DNA of 44,713 bases from a virus, in IMG/VR virus record IMGVR_UViG_3300019458_000012, positions 1 to 44,713 of that record; one strand, written 5' to 3'. A program made the position numbers and the translations under genes. The notes beneath the pieces are model-generated. The model saw nothing but the letters and a program-made list of their open reading frames with translations. It did not search any database and had not been told where the DNA came from. Numbering within the stretch: the first letter of the stretch is position 1; every line of letters begins with the position of its first letter. Shown here piece by piece: positions 7,176-15,699 of the stretch.

Positions 7176-9172
7176 TATTTCCTGTACCTGTCTGCCTGCA
7201 TGAAATCAATTTCAACTGGTATCTTGTATTGCTTTGCCCAGTCGGGAGTGTTCGTCATCAATTCTCTGAACAACTTAGCACGTTCGGTATGACTTTCGCA
7301 AACGTTTTCGTCATGTACGGTTAGCACGGTTGGTATCTGTTCATGTTCACACAGAAACACGCAGTGGACGAGCAAATCGCGGGCCATGCCTTGAACTACA
7401 TTCTCAGTCAGCAAGCCGCCGTAGGCATCACGCCTGATCAAACGACCAGCCTTGTAGGTCAGGTGCGACCAACCAGGGCGAACGTCATTGATATCCCAGG
7501 GCATAGGCTTCATTGTCTTCTGTGGTCCATAGTACCAAAGCTTGCGACCGGACGGCAGCAAGCATGTCAACCACTCGCCTTCTGGTATGTAGACGATGCC
7601 ATTGTATTCCTGGGGTTCACCGCTCCATACCGCCTCAGTCGCAGCACGTTCAAGCCCATACCAAAGTTCAACGACCTTCGGAGCCAAGTCTTTGCGATAG
7701 GCATCAATGCAACTCTGCGCGAATTCAATCGTTTCTTTGGGGCAGTAGCGCATCTGGAACTTCGGTGCGCCCATCTGGAAGCCGCAGCCAAGGATGGTGT
7801 TCTTGCCGGTCTGTCGCAACTCTGGCTGATCTTTCTTGTTCACGGGAGTATGGAATATCTTTTCCGCCATCGCAGAGTACGGGTCACCCTCCGTGAAACT
7901 TTTCAGGGCGTCATGTTGTCCAGCGACTGCTAGAACAACTCTTGCCTCAATGGTTTTGAAGTCAGCGATGAGGAAGGTTTTATCTTCATCCGATACGAGA
8001 GCATGACGCAATCCGGCTGATACGGCTTCGATAGGTTCACCGAAGACCATTCTAAGGTAGCTGTCATCCCCTTCCATAATCGCAGCCATGAGTTCATCAG
8101 GCGAAGCTGTTTGGTTATCTCCAACGTCAAGTCCCGCACGCGGGAAGTTATGCGGCTGGAGAATTCGTCCCGCCCAACGTCCTGGTCCAGCACCGTGGTA
8201 TTGCATAAGTCCACGAGCCCGTCCGTCACTTCCTTGGCACGCAAGCATCGCTGGTAGCTTTTTGACAGACGCACTAGCAGCAAGTCCACGGATGTACAGC
8301 GCCTCCCGGCAGACAGGCGGCATTGTAATAGGCTGGGTTATTTGATCGCTGTCTGGACCGTCCTCCAGCTCTTCGCCCATAAGGCGGGAAACTGTTTCCT
8401 TGTTTAAGCTATCAATCTCCAATCCATTGGCCGAAAGCCAACCTTTCAACTTCTCACCCTGGGTCGGCTTCAATCCACCAGTCAATTCAGAGAAGCGCGT
8501 CAGCAATGGTGGCAACGCTCGCTGGACAACACCCATGCAAGCGTGAACATATTTGTCATCAATGCGGATGCCACGGTCATTGATACGTTGATCCATCTCC
8601 CACACTTTGCGTTCGCCACCATAAAAGTTGTGGGTGCGGCGAAGAACCTTGACTTCCTTTTCAACGTCGTCCATGCAGTAAGCAGACGTTCTTCGGATCA
8701 GAGCAGGGCTATGATCCAGCATCCCGGTTTTCTTATTGAATTTGGAGAGGCCGAGGGCAACCTTGTTCCCTTCCATATCCTTGCCGCCGAAGCCCAGGAC
8801 GGTAGAGAGCACATCGAGCTTGGCCGGTAATCCCTTCATAAGAGCAACTGCCATAGTGCAGTGCCAGCGTTCAATGGGAATATCAGGCCAATTAAAACGC
8901 TTGACCATTATCTCACGCCAGATGGCCCTCTCAAATGCAGCGTTGTGCGCTACGAACATGACTTCGGGGTCATTGACTTCTGCAAGCAGACCGGGATTGT
9001 CTTCCGGCGAAAGCTTGGCAGGATCAAGCTCATACCCGTATCCATAGTGTGTCACATAACACAGCGCCGTAATTTCTGTTGTGGGGTTTTCTGCATAGAC
9101 ATACGCTCCCGCTTTTTTCAGGTCACACCCTGACGCGGTTTCAAAGTCCAAGCAAATCCATTTCTTCGACAT
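7175..9172 (-). CDS. Family A DNA polymerase with 3'-5' exonuclease domain, 665 aa
   Basis: Exo motifs LDFET, HNAAFERAIW, YCMDDVEKE. Pol motifs DFKTIEARV (A), RQTGKNTILGCGFQMG (B), LTVHDENV (C). Confidence 0.95.
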   Translation of the reverse strand: MSKKWICLDFETASGCDLKKAGAYVYAENPTTEITALCYVTHYGYGYELDPAKLSPEDNPGLLAEVNDPEVMFVAHNAAFERAIWREIMVKRFNWPDIPIERWHCTMAVALMKGLPAKLDVLSTVLGFGGKDMEGNKVALGLSKFNKKTGMLDHSPALIRRTSAYCMDDVEKEVKVLRRTHNFYGGERKVWEMDQRINDRGIRIDDKYVHACMGVVQRALPPLLTRFSELTGGLKPTQGEKLKGWLSANGLEIDSLNKETVSRLMGEELEDGPDSDQITQPITMPPVCREALYIRGLAASASVKKLPAMLACQGSDGRARGLMQYHGAGPGRWAGRILQPHNFPRAGLDVGDNQTASPDELMAAIMEGDDSYLRMVFGEPIEAVSAGLRHALVSDEDKTFLIADFKTIEARVVLAVAGQHDALKSFTEGDPYSAMAEKIFHTPVNKKDQPELRQTGKNTILGCGFQMGAPKFQMRYCPKETIEFAQSCIDAYRKDLAPKVVELWYGLERAATEAVWSGEPQEYNGIVYIPEGEWLTCLLPSGRKLWYYGPQKTMKPMPWDINDVRPGWSHLTYKAGRLIRRDAYGGLLTENVVQGMARDLLVHCVFLCEHEQIPTVLTVHDENVCESHTERAKLFRELMTNTPDWAKQYKIPVEIDFMQADRYRK

Positions 9173-9183
9173 TGCATTCCTGT

Positions 9184-9263
9184 TATAAAAAGTGGAGCAG
9201 GACTTTCAACTCTTGCATTAAGGGCTTAAAGACCGCAGTCTGCAAAAGAACCCGCTCCACTTT
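9184..9263 (-). terminator. Long structured element ending in a U-run between the SSB and polymerase genes (attenuator/terminator-like)
   Basis: - strand AAAGTGGAGCGGG ... CCTGCTCCACTTT forms a 13-bp stem including one G-U pair (arms 9251-9263 and 9189-9201). It encloses further pairing and is followed by TTTTTAT, then RBS ACAGGA and ATG 9172. Confidence 0.4.
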
Positions 9264-9304
9264 ATCCGTTCTTACTGGTTGATTGTCCCGTGGGATCGAA
9301 GGTT

Positions 9305-9955
9305 TCAGAACGGAATATCGTCATCCAGGTTGTCGCCGCCCAATGGGTCTTCGTCAGTCGTGGTGCCCATGTAAGATTTGAAAACCTCAGCCTGGTCACG
9401 GCCTCCGATCCGCTCGCCATCCTTCACCCACAACAGGCTCTGGACATAAGCGGTGACGCCATCAGGATCATCGCCGTCAGCTTCATACGGAACGAAGTTG
9501 ACACTGGCCGCGACGAAGCAACCAGAATAGAACTTCGATTTGTATTTGGCTTTCAACGCATCACTTTCAAGAGTGATGATCTTTCCGCCCTCAAGCACAG
9601 ACAGAGTTGGCGGAAACTTGCTGCGTGCAGTGAGCACGAGAAGTCCCTTCATGAAGTCCCGGTTCTTGCCCTTCGCCTTGGCCTTTTCAGCAGCCTTGTC
9701 GCCGGTCCCAAGAGGGAATTTCAGTTCAGAGAGGTTTCGAGTTGGCCACTTGGAACGCGCGGCCTCCGCGATCTTTGCCTTCAACCCCGGCAGTTCGCCG
9801 TAGTCGGTAGGCATCATGAGGGTAATTCCAAATTTCGGGTCACCGACTTCCTTGCCGTTTTTCTTGAACGGCTTGGCATCAAACACATTCAGGTATACCC
9901 CGCGAACGGGAACATTGAACGTAAATGACAGATCAGTCTTAGTTGCTTCAGTCAT
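9305..9955 (-). CDS. Single-stranded DNA-binding protein (phage DUF2815 / gp2.5-like class) with acidic tail
   Basis: The C-terminus ...GGDNLDDDIPF ends with the same DDDIPF as E. coli SSB. Sits between the Cas4-like nuclease and the polymerase, as in known DUF2800-DUF2815-PolA modules. Confidence 0.8.
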   Translation of the reverse strand: MTEATKTDLSFTFNVPVRGVYLNVFDAKPFKKNGKEVGDPKFGITLMMPTDYGELPGLKAKIAEAARSKWPTRNLSELKFPLGTGDKAAEKAKAKGKNRDFMKGLLVLTARSKFPPTLSVLEGGKIITLESDALKAKYKSKFYSGCFVAASVNFVPYEADGDDPDGVTAYVQSLLWVKDGERIGGRDQAEVFKSYMGTTTDEDPLGGDNLDDDIPF

Positions 9956-9968
9956 GGATTTTACTCCT

Positions 9969-9994
9969 AAAATGCCTTCGGTTAATTCCGAAGG
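9969..9994 (-). terminator. Intergenic hairpin plus short U-run
   Basis: - strand CCTTCGG-AATTAA-CCGAAGG followed by CATTTTAGGAG (RBS of the SSB gene). Confidence 0.35.
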
Positions 9995-10008
9995 GTTCTC
10001 AATCTATA

Positions 10009-11175
10009 TCACGTTTGCACAACATTTGCAAACGTTTCCTGTGCGGTCTTCATTTTAATACCAGGCTTGTCGTCGCTTGCTGCCGCGACTGTATACCCAG
10101 TGGTGGGAATGTATGCCCATTCTTTCACCCGCTCATCGGCTGACTTTCCGAGCTTCGACATTTCGGCGGGCGACTTCAATTCCGGCGCTGTCATAGCCAG
10201 GTCACCAAATTCTTTCTGGAAGATTTCGGTGGCACCAGACTTCCAAACACGGTGCGCTTTCTTCTGCACCAGTTTGACGCCGGGGATTTCGACGCCTGCA
10301 TTCAGGCGGTTGAAATTTTCTTCTTCGACGGTCTTGATATACATCTTGACCGGCGCGATCATCAACCACTCTTGGCCAAGGGTAAGGTGGCTTGCATCCT
10401 TCAACCATTTGGTGTTGGCAGTCGCAGCTACAGCGAACATTCCCTTCAACAGAGGGCAGGCGATCTTGGCAGGACAGAAGCGGCAGTGCTCACCGGCAGC
10501 GTAGGCGTTGCCTGGGTTCCGCATCTTGGGCAGAAGTTCATCACGAGCCCATTCAAAAATTTCACCGGCAGTGGTATCCCAAACCTTGATTGGACTTTCC
10601 TCAAACGTTCGAGGCTGAACAATCGTGATCTTCACTGGGAAGTCCGGGTCAATTGACCCATGCTCACGCTCGATATCCCGCAGGATGCCGTAGGCGTAAT
10701 ACATGCACTGCTTGTTCCGCCTCACATCAACGACAATGCCTGCGCCGTACTTGAAGTCTACGACATGCAGCCGTTCGGAATTGAACACAGCGAAGTCCAC
10801 AGTTCCAAAGAATGAAGGATGAGGCCGGTCTTCGACCTTTTCGCCGATGGTGTGCTCGACAAAAACCTCATCGTCTTCTTTCGCAACCTTGCGGCAATAG
10901 TCAACATAGGTCTGGATACATTCCAGTTCCAATTTGGTTGCGGGTACACCTTCGAGGATGCGGTCGCCCAGTTCCCAGGCATCAAATCCATGCGCTACGC
11001 ATTGGGCAGCAGCAACGTGCGCCGCCGAGCCTTCCTTGCGCCATTCGGGATCGACCGAGTAATCTTCATCCGGACTTTCGGACAGGGCTTTGGCCAACTC
11101 AACGGAGCCTCCACAAGCCATCCATCGCGCGGCACCGGAAGCGCCGAGTGGTGAGTGTTCAATTTCCTGTGTCAT
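10009..11175 (-). CDS. PD-(D/E)xK / Cas4-like exonuclease (DUF2800-type), 388 aa
   Basis: N-terminal SPLGASGAARWMACGGS, VDFKYGAG core, C-terminal Cys cluster HCRFCPAKIACP. Confidence 0.75.
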   Translation of the reverse strand: MTQEIEHSPLGASGAARWMACGGSVELAKALSESPDEDYSVDPEWRKEGSAAHVAAAQCVAHGFDAWELGDRILEGVPATKLELECIQTYVDYCRKVAKEDDEVFVEHTIGEKVEDRPHPSFFGTVDFAVFNSERLHVVDFKYGAGIVVDVRRNKQCMYYAYGILRDIEREHGSIDPDFPVKITIVQPRTFEESPIKVWDTTAGEIFEWARDELLPKMRNPGNAYAAGEHCRFCPAKIACPLLKGMFAVAATANTKWLKDASHLTLGQEWLMIAPVKMYIKTVEEENFNRLNAGVEIPGVKLVQKKAHRVWKSGATEIFQKEFGDLAMTAPELKSPAEMSKLGKSADERVKEWAYIPTTGYTVAAASDDKPGIKMKTAQETFANVVQT

Positions 11176-11211
11176 ATGTTCGCGTCCTAAGTCACATATA
11201 CATAATCGGAC

Positions 11212-11292
11212 GGGTGAGGGATACTCCAGAATAGTCCCTCACCCTATTATTACGTGCTGTTGCGGCTTCGACTTGCCTGGAGATAGCACGTA
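11212..11292 (-). other. Two strong intergenic hairpins
   Basis: GGGTGAGGGA (11212-11221) pairs with TCCCTCACCC (11235-11244), a perfect 10 bp stem. TACGTGCT (11251-11258) pairs with AGCACGTA (11285-11292), a perfect 8 bp stem. Confidence 0.7.
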
Positions 11293-11296
11293 AAAT

Positions 11297-11887
11297 TTAC
11301 TTCTGCGAGGCAGCGAATGCCTTCACAGCTTCGATGAATTCAACACGCTTGCCTTCTGGCACCCGCTTGAGGGATGGCGGAACGCCGTCCTGGGGGCAGA
11401 ACTTCGTGATAAGCTCAGTGATTTCCTTCGGCTTCTTCACCTTGGCGTTGATCGACACAACCAGGTCGTAGAGAGCCTTGTCGGAAATATCGACCTTTGG
11501 TGCAGCCGGATCACCGCCTAGAATATCGTCGCCAATGCTGGCTTCATCGGCCTTCGGCTGCGCCGTGGATGCGGCACCATCGAGAGGAAAGCTTTCCACT
11601 GGGGGCAGTGTCTCCGCAGCTTTCTTGCGCGTTGTCTTCGGCTTGTCGTCAGTGATGACAGCAGCCGCAGCGCTGGTATCAGCAGAACCCTTGGCGGCGG
11701 AAGCCTTCTGGCCGAGCAGTTCCTTCACCTTCTTGTCGGCCAGGGTGGCAGCGTCATGGAGCACGGCATTGTAGTCCGCGCCTTCATCAACGGTGAAACT
11801 CAGTTCAACGCGGACCTTGCGGGCCGGTGCATATTCTTCGATTGCTTTCTTGCCGTCTTCGACGGACACAGTACCATTCGTAATCAT
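11297..11887 (-). CDS. Hypothetical two-domain protein with an Ala/Lys-rich linker, 196 aa
   Basis: Long ORF in the - block. Its start overlaps the upstream stop (ATGA, 11884-11887). Confidence 0.65.
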   Translation of the reverse strand: MITNGTVSVEDGKKAIEEYAPARKVRVELSFTVDEGADYNAVLHDAATLADKKVKELLGQKASAAKGSADTSAAAAVITDDKPKTTRKKAAETLPPVESFPLDGAASTAQPKADEASIGDDILGGDPAAPKVDISDKALYDLVVSINAKVKKPKEITELITKFCPQDGVPPSLKRVPEGKRVEFIEAVKAFAASQK

Positions 11888-12084
11888 TTCACTTCTCCTA
11901 TTTTTGGTGGGTCACCAAAGACCGACATGACTTTCAGCAGTCGATCCTTCAATTGCAGTTGCAAGTCTTTTGCCACTTCCGGATCGAGATTGAAGTAGCG
12001 TCCACCTTGCATATGGACAATCGCTGTATCGGGATAGAATTCGATACAGGCAATTTCGTTAAGCTCGATCCGTTGCTGTTGCAT
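11884..12084 (-). CDS. Small hypothetical protein, 66 aa (member of a small paralog trio)
   Basis: Translationally coupled. Shares IAxIE ... AIV..G ... A..L pattern with 12256..12468. Confidence 0.55.
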   Translation of the reverse strand: MQQQRIELNEIACIEFYPDTAIVHMQGGRYFNLDPEVAKDLQLQLKDRLLKVMSVFGDPPKIGEVK

Positions 12085-12275
12085 TATTCCGCCAGCAATT
12101 CTTTGGAGATGCGAAGCGCATCGCTGGTTGAGATTGACCAGGCAGCGCCGTTGATAAGCACAGCCGCGCTCGAAAGCTGACGCTCAATTGCGATGATCTT
12201 GTCAGTGGCGAGCACAACAGTAGCGAGGGGACCATCTTTCCCCCGGCTTTGGAAACTAATGAATTGTTTCGGCAT
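12084..12275 (-). CDS. Small hypothetical protein, 63 aa (possible trio member)
   Basis: 1-nt overlap with the downstream start. Contains IIAIE ... AAVLINGAAW ... ALRISKEL. Confidence 0.5.
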   Translation of the reverse strand: MPKQFISFQSRGKDGPLATVVLATDKIIAIERQLSSAAVLINGAAWSISTSDALRISKELLAE

Positions 12276-12468
12276 GTTTTCTGTCTCCGTACTTAACTGT
12301 TACACTCAGCAGTCGTTCGTCGCCGATCATCTGCATCAACTGGTGGGCGGCAGGAACGGTGATTATAATTCCGTACCCGCTTTTAAAGGTAACTATGGCG
12401 TACAGCAGGAACGTCTGAACTTCCTCTATGTCGGCAATCTTTACCTCGTGTAATTCTTGCTCGCTCAT
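12256..12468 (-). CDS. Small hypothetical protein, 70 aa (trio member)
   Basis: ATGA overlap with the upstream stop. The N-terminus MSEQELHEVKIADIE parallels MQQQRIELNEIACIE of 11884..12084. Confidence 0.55.
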   Translation of the reverse strand: MSEQELHEVKIADIEEVQTFLLYAIVTFKSGYGIIITVPAAHQLMQMIGDERLLSVTVKYGDRKHAETIH

Positions 12469-12716
12469 TTGGCTCCCGCAATTTGCAGTGCAGACTTGAT
12501 TTCCAAAAGCTCGTACCGCATCCGGCCCGACTTCACCATGCCAACAATCGTTGACGCAAGTGTCACCTTTGGGTTCACCCTGCGCCAGCCCTTTGTAGGA
12601 TGCAGCGTGCGAGGGTTCTTCGCGTCAATAGACCAGCGAGCGTTGTTCGCGTCCAATGTGGTGCGCTCGCCTGCGGGCCAAGGTCTACGTGAAAGCCTGT
12701 CTTCGCGTCTAATCAT
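12465..12716 (-). CDS. Hypothetical basic protein, 83 aa
   Basis: ORF following the SNF2 helicase gene on the same strand. Confidence 0.5.
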   Translation of the reverse strand: MIRREDRLSRRPWPAGERTTLDANNARWSIDAKNPRTLHPTKGWRRVNPKVTLASTIVGMVKSGRMRYELLEIKSALQIAGAK

Positions 12717-12739
12717 GATGTTCTCCTATAATCAATCTA

Positions 12740-14407
12740 CTATACGAGCGTTCGCTTGTCAAGCGCGTTGTGAATGTTGCCCGCCTTCTTCAAGGCAGAC
12801 GCCAATATCTTTTCCGCGATGCTGTCCGGTGCCACGAAGATATCAGCCATGACCGTGCGCCTCTGGCCAAAGCGATCAAGCCGATCTACAGCCTGGACGT
12901 TGTTACCTGGCACCCAATCGGGTTCGGCCAAGAGAGCGTGATTTGCTACGCCTTGAAGTCCATCGGTGCCCAAACCCATAGCTTGCATGTTGCCGACGAT
13001 GACGTTCTTCCGAGGGTTGCGGATGAATTCGTTGATACGATCCTGCTTGTCTTGGGATTGCACGCTGCCATCAATGCGGACCACTCCATGCTTGTGCAAC
13101 AGGCGCTCCAGAATGTTGAGCACATCTACATGCCATGCGAAGACGACGATCTTAGTTTCGCCGCCGTCAATCAGCATGTCAACGTAGTCGGCAACTTGCG
13201 GCGCAATAGCAATGCCCATCATCCGGCGCACGACCGCAATGTGGCCCAGGATTTTTATGTTGTAAGGATCAAATTGCTCCGGATCAATGTCAAGCAGGCT
13301 CTCAGCTTCGAGGGCCTGCTTCACAGCGCCGGTCTTATCGACGAGGATCAGATCATACACCGGAAGCCTCAATTGAGTGAGAACATCGCGCTTCAAGTGG
13401 CGTGTCATAAAGTTCGCTCTCAATCGGTACTGTAGTTCCTGATGACGCCCGGTCCTTTCGTCAACGTACATGAACGTGGAGCCGTCTTTGCGGATGCCTT
13501 CTTTCTTGACCATCGGGTTGAAGCGTTCGGAGAACACATCTTCGGAGGCGTAGTCAATACTGTCCCAGCAATGGGCGCGAGCGAGCGTATAAGCTTCGCG
13601 CGGTCGATTGAGGAGGGGAGTACCTGTGAGGCTAAGAACGGAGCCGCATCGCGAGGCAAGGCTGTCGAAGATTTTTTCATGGGTATGTTTCTCTCTGAAT
13701 GTCCCCGTTTCTAAATCGCCAAATATCGCACGGGTGCGTATGCTGTCAGTTGTCTTGAGCATATGCGCTTCGTCAAGGATGATCAAATCGTATAGGCCTT
13801 TGGCGAGAGCACGACCAATCCCCGGTGACCTTGCAAGATCATAGGAAACTATAGTCCACTCTGCTGTAGGGTGAACACCACGGCTGGAACTGAGTATTGG
13901 ATAGACGACATAGGGCCAGCGCATTTGTGTCCACTCTCGAATGCGGGTTGCCCATTGAAGGCGGATGGAGGCAGGACATATAACAAGAACCCGCTTCGCA
14001 TGTATCTCATTTGCGTAGCAGATGGCGATGGGCGTCTTACCAAGCCCCGGCTCGTCAGCGACCAGACCTCCACCGCGCCGCTTGATATAAGATATATCAG
14101 CTTTCTGAAATCCCCATAGTTCTTTGTCAGCAGGACAGTCGATGTTTGCGCTGCTATCTTTGAGCCAGCTTTCATCAACTGCGTTCGTAATCCATCTGAG
14201 TTTTGAACGAGCATAGTCATCTCCATATTCTGCGAAGGGTGCCGCCGTGTAATAGTTGTCAGTAAACAAGCAAGCCTCAGCCGCTGTGCTCCTGGTGGAA
14301 CTCATGTTCATGCCGTAGTCCGAAATCAACTCAGCCGCCGTGGGCTTACTCCCGCGCGGGACAGTCAATACGAACTTGTCGGTCTTATCGACAAATTGCA
14401 GTTTCAA
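12740..14407 (-). CDS. SNF2-family (DEAD/H-like) helicase, 555 aa
   Basis: ADEPGLGKT (motif I), LILDEAHMLK (II), LTGTPLLNRP (III), QAVDRLDRFGQRR (VI). Confidence 0.9.
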   Translation of the reverse strand: MKLQFVDKTDKFVLTVPRGSKPTAAELISDYGMNMSSTRSTAAEACLFTDNYYTAAPFAEYGDDYARSKLRWITNAVDESWLKDSSANIDCPADKELWGFQKADISYIKRRGGGLVADEPGLGKTPIAICYANEIHAKRVLVICPASIRLQWATRIREWTQMRWPYVVYPILSSSRGVHPTAEWTIVSYDLARSPGIGRALAKGLYDLIILDEAHMLKTTDSIRTRAIFGDLETGTFREKHTHEKIFDSLASRCGSVLSLTGTPLLNRPREAYTLARAHCWDSIDYASEDVFSERFNPMVKKEGIRKDGSTFMYVDERTGRHQELQYRLRANFMTRHLKRDVLTQLRLPVYDLILVDKTGAVKQALEAESLLDIDPEQFDPYNIKILGHIAVVRRMMGIAIAPQVADYVDMLIDGGETKIVVFAWHVDVLNILERLLHKHGVVRIDGSVQSQDKQDRINEFIRNPRKNVIVGNMQAMGLGTDGLQGVANHALLAEPDWVPGNNVQAVDRLDRFGQRRTVMADIFVAPDSIAEKILASALKKAGNIHNALDKRTLV

Positions 14408-14628
14408 TGTGCTCTAGCCTGTCGTAAAAATTGTTTGCGCCACCGGCAATGATCCCGATTTGCTTTTGCGATCTTCTCCAGGCGCCGGTTATGAATGGTA
14501 TTATAGTCACCATCCCTTTCCAGCTTTACAATCCTGGTGTGCCCATTCCTGTCAATCCGTGTGTCCTCTAATGACATGTCAGTAGACAGAAGCCCACGAA
14601 GGCGAAGTGCATCAACTTTAGAACGCAT
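14404..14628 (-). CDS. Hypothetical protein, 74 aa
   Basis: Track ORF starts at 14691. I prefer ATG 14628, which overlaps the upstream stop (TGATG). ATGA overlap with the SNF2 start. Confidence 0.45.
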   Translation of the reverse strand: MRSKVDALRLRGLLSTDMSLEDTRIDRNGHTRIVKLERDGDYNTIHNRRLEKIAKANRDHCRWRKQFLRQARAH

Positions 14629-15299
14629 CAGCGTATCTCCAGCCGTGCAGCACGGGCCAAAAATTCGTGCTTTGCGCGTTTCCAGCCCCATACCTCGAAG
14701 TCTGAGATAAAGGCCGGATCACCAGGGACTGTCCATGCCATCCAAGGAAACTTTGCGGGCTTCAGGATTTTGCTGCGCTCGAATAGCACCATTCCATTGT
14801 CAGCCAATTTGATTGAAGGCGGGAAAGGCAAGCGTAAGTTAAACCGCTTCGCAATGGCCTTCTCAGCCTGATGTTCAATTGGCTTAAACCAGGCTCGGAC
14901 TTCCGGCAGCCCCTTCACGGGCGAAGGCAGGTCAGGCAGCACGTATTCGGCTGCATCGTGCATCAATCCTTCATGCTTGTCTTCTTCCGGAACTAAGTCG
15001 CATACATGGCAACTGTGCTGTGCGACGCTGTAGGGTTCGATACAGTGCCCAGTGAAGCGTACTTTCATTGAAAGCGCATGGGCGATATCTTCAATCTGGA
15101 TGTCTGTTTTCTCCATGTCCAGAGGCCAAGCGGCACCGCCGTTAAAAACTTGAATGCCTCCAGCTTTGAATTGTTCTTCCATTGTCGTGCCATGCAGATC
15201 ATAGGAAGGCGGATATTTCTGTGGCATTTCAACTGGCCCATTGTACATCATTGCCTTATCCTTTTCAACTAATTTATCTGTTTTCCAAAGCCGCTTCAT
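14628..15299 (-). CDS. HD-domain phosphohydrolase (YfbR-like 5'-deoxynucleotidase type), 223 aa
   Basis: RFTGH...YSVAQHS...LMHDAAEYVLPDLPSPVK gives the H...HD...D pattern. TAATG coupling to the upstream gene. Confidence 0.75.
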   Translation of the reverse strand: MKRLWKTDKLVEKDKAMMYNGPVEMPQKYPPSYDLHGTTMEEQFKAGGIQVFNGGAAWPLDMEKTDIQIEDIAHALSMKVRFTGHCIEPYSVAQHSCHVCDLVPEEDKHEGLMHDAAEYVLPDLPSPVKGLPEVRAWFKPIEHQAEKAIAKRFNLRLPFPPSIKLADNGMVLFERSKILKPAKFPWMAWTVPGDPAFISDFEVWGWKRAKHEFLARAARLEIR

Positions 15300-15652
15300 T
15301 AGAATGCTCCGCGATCAAATTGGTGGACCCGACAAATTCGGTTTGCCACTCGATTGAACCAGGCCCCATGATGAATGTCTTTGCGCTCACCATAGAGATA
15401 TTCGTATAGATGGCACATCTCGTGCGCCACAGTCCTAAGAAGCTCATCCAACGTATGATGGCAAGGCTGTGATGCGACGATCCAGGGTGTGCCATTCGCG
15501 TCTACATAAAACTCTCCACGATTTCCCTTGTCTGCGATTACAGAGAATGATATATCCTCCGCGTGCGGAAGTCTACGCAAATCTTTTGGCCACGTTGACC
15601 GAAGAAGTTCGTAGGTCGCCTCTAGAATAGCGGGTGAAATTTTTATTGACAT
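15299..15652 (-). CDS. SprT-like zinc metalloprotease domain protein, 117 aa
   Basis: HEMCH plus downstream IHHGAWF. Start moved from the track to ATG 15652, which has AGGAG 7 nt upstream. Confidence 0.7.
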   Translation of the reverse strand: MSIKISPAILEATYELLRSTWPKDLRRLPHAEDISFSVIADKGNRGEFYVDANGTPWIVASQPCHHTLDELLRTVAHEMCHLYEYLYGERKDIHHGAWFNRVANRICRVHQFDRGAF

Positions 15653-15675
15653 TTCTGCGCTCCTGATCTTAATGT
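15646..15675 (+). promoter_or_regulatory. Sigma-70-like promoter for the primase gene (TTGACA-18-TAATGT)
   Basis: -35 at 15646-15651, -10 at 15670-15675, about 25 nt upstream of ATG 15700. Confidence 0.45.
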
Positions 15676-15699
15676 AGCATACAATTTTAGACAGGTCAA
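15671..15699 (-). promoter_or_regulatory. Sigma-70-like promoter for the SprT-HD-SNF2 operon (TTGACC-17-TACATT)
   Basis: -35 spans 15699-15694 and -10 spans 15676-15671 on the - strand. The -10 is the reverse complement of the + promoter -10 region. Confidence 0.45.

Noticed and set aside
9290-9928. 212-aa + strand ORF
   Set aside because: It is antisense to the SSB gene, which has the diagnostic DDDIPF tail.
5103-15299. Z-genome (2-aminoadenine) pathway, suggested by an HD hydrolase plus a MazG/DUF5664-like hydrolase
   Set aside because: No PurZ-like adenylosuccinate-synthetase homolog, nor any other nucleotide-synthesis gene, is present among the ORFs. The two hydrolases alone do not support this.
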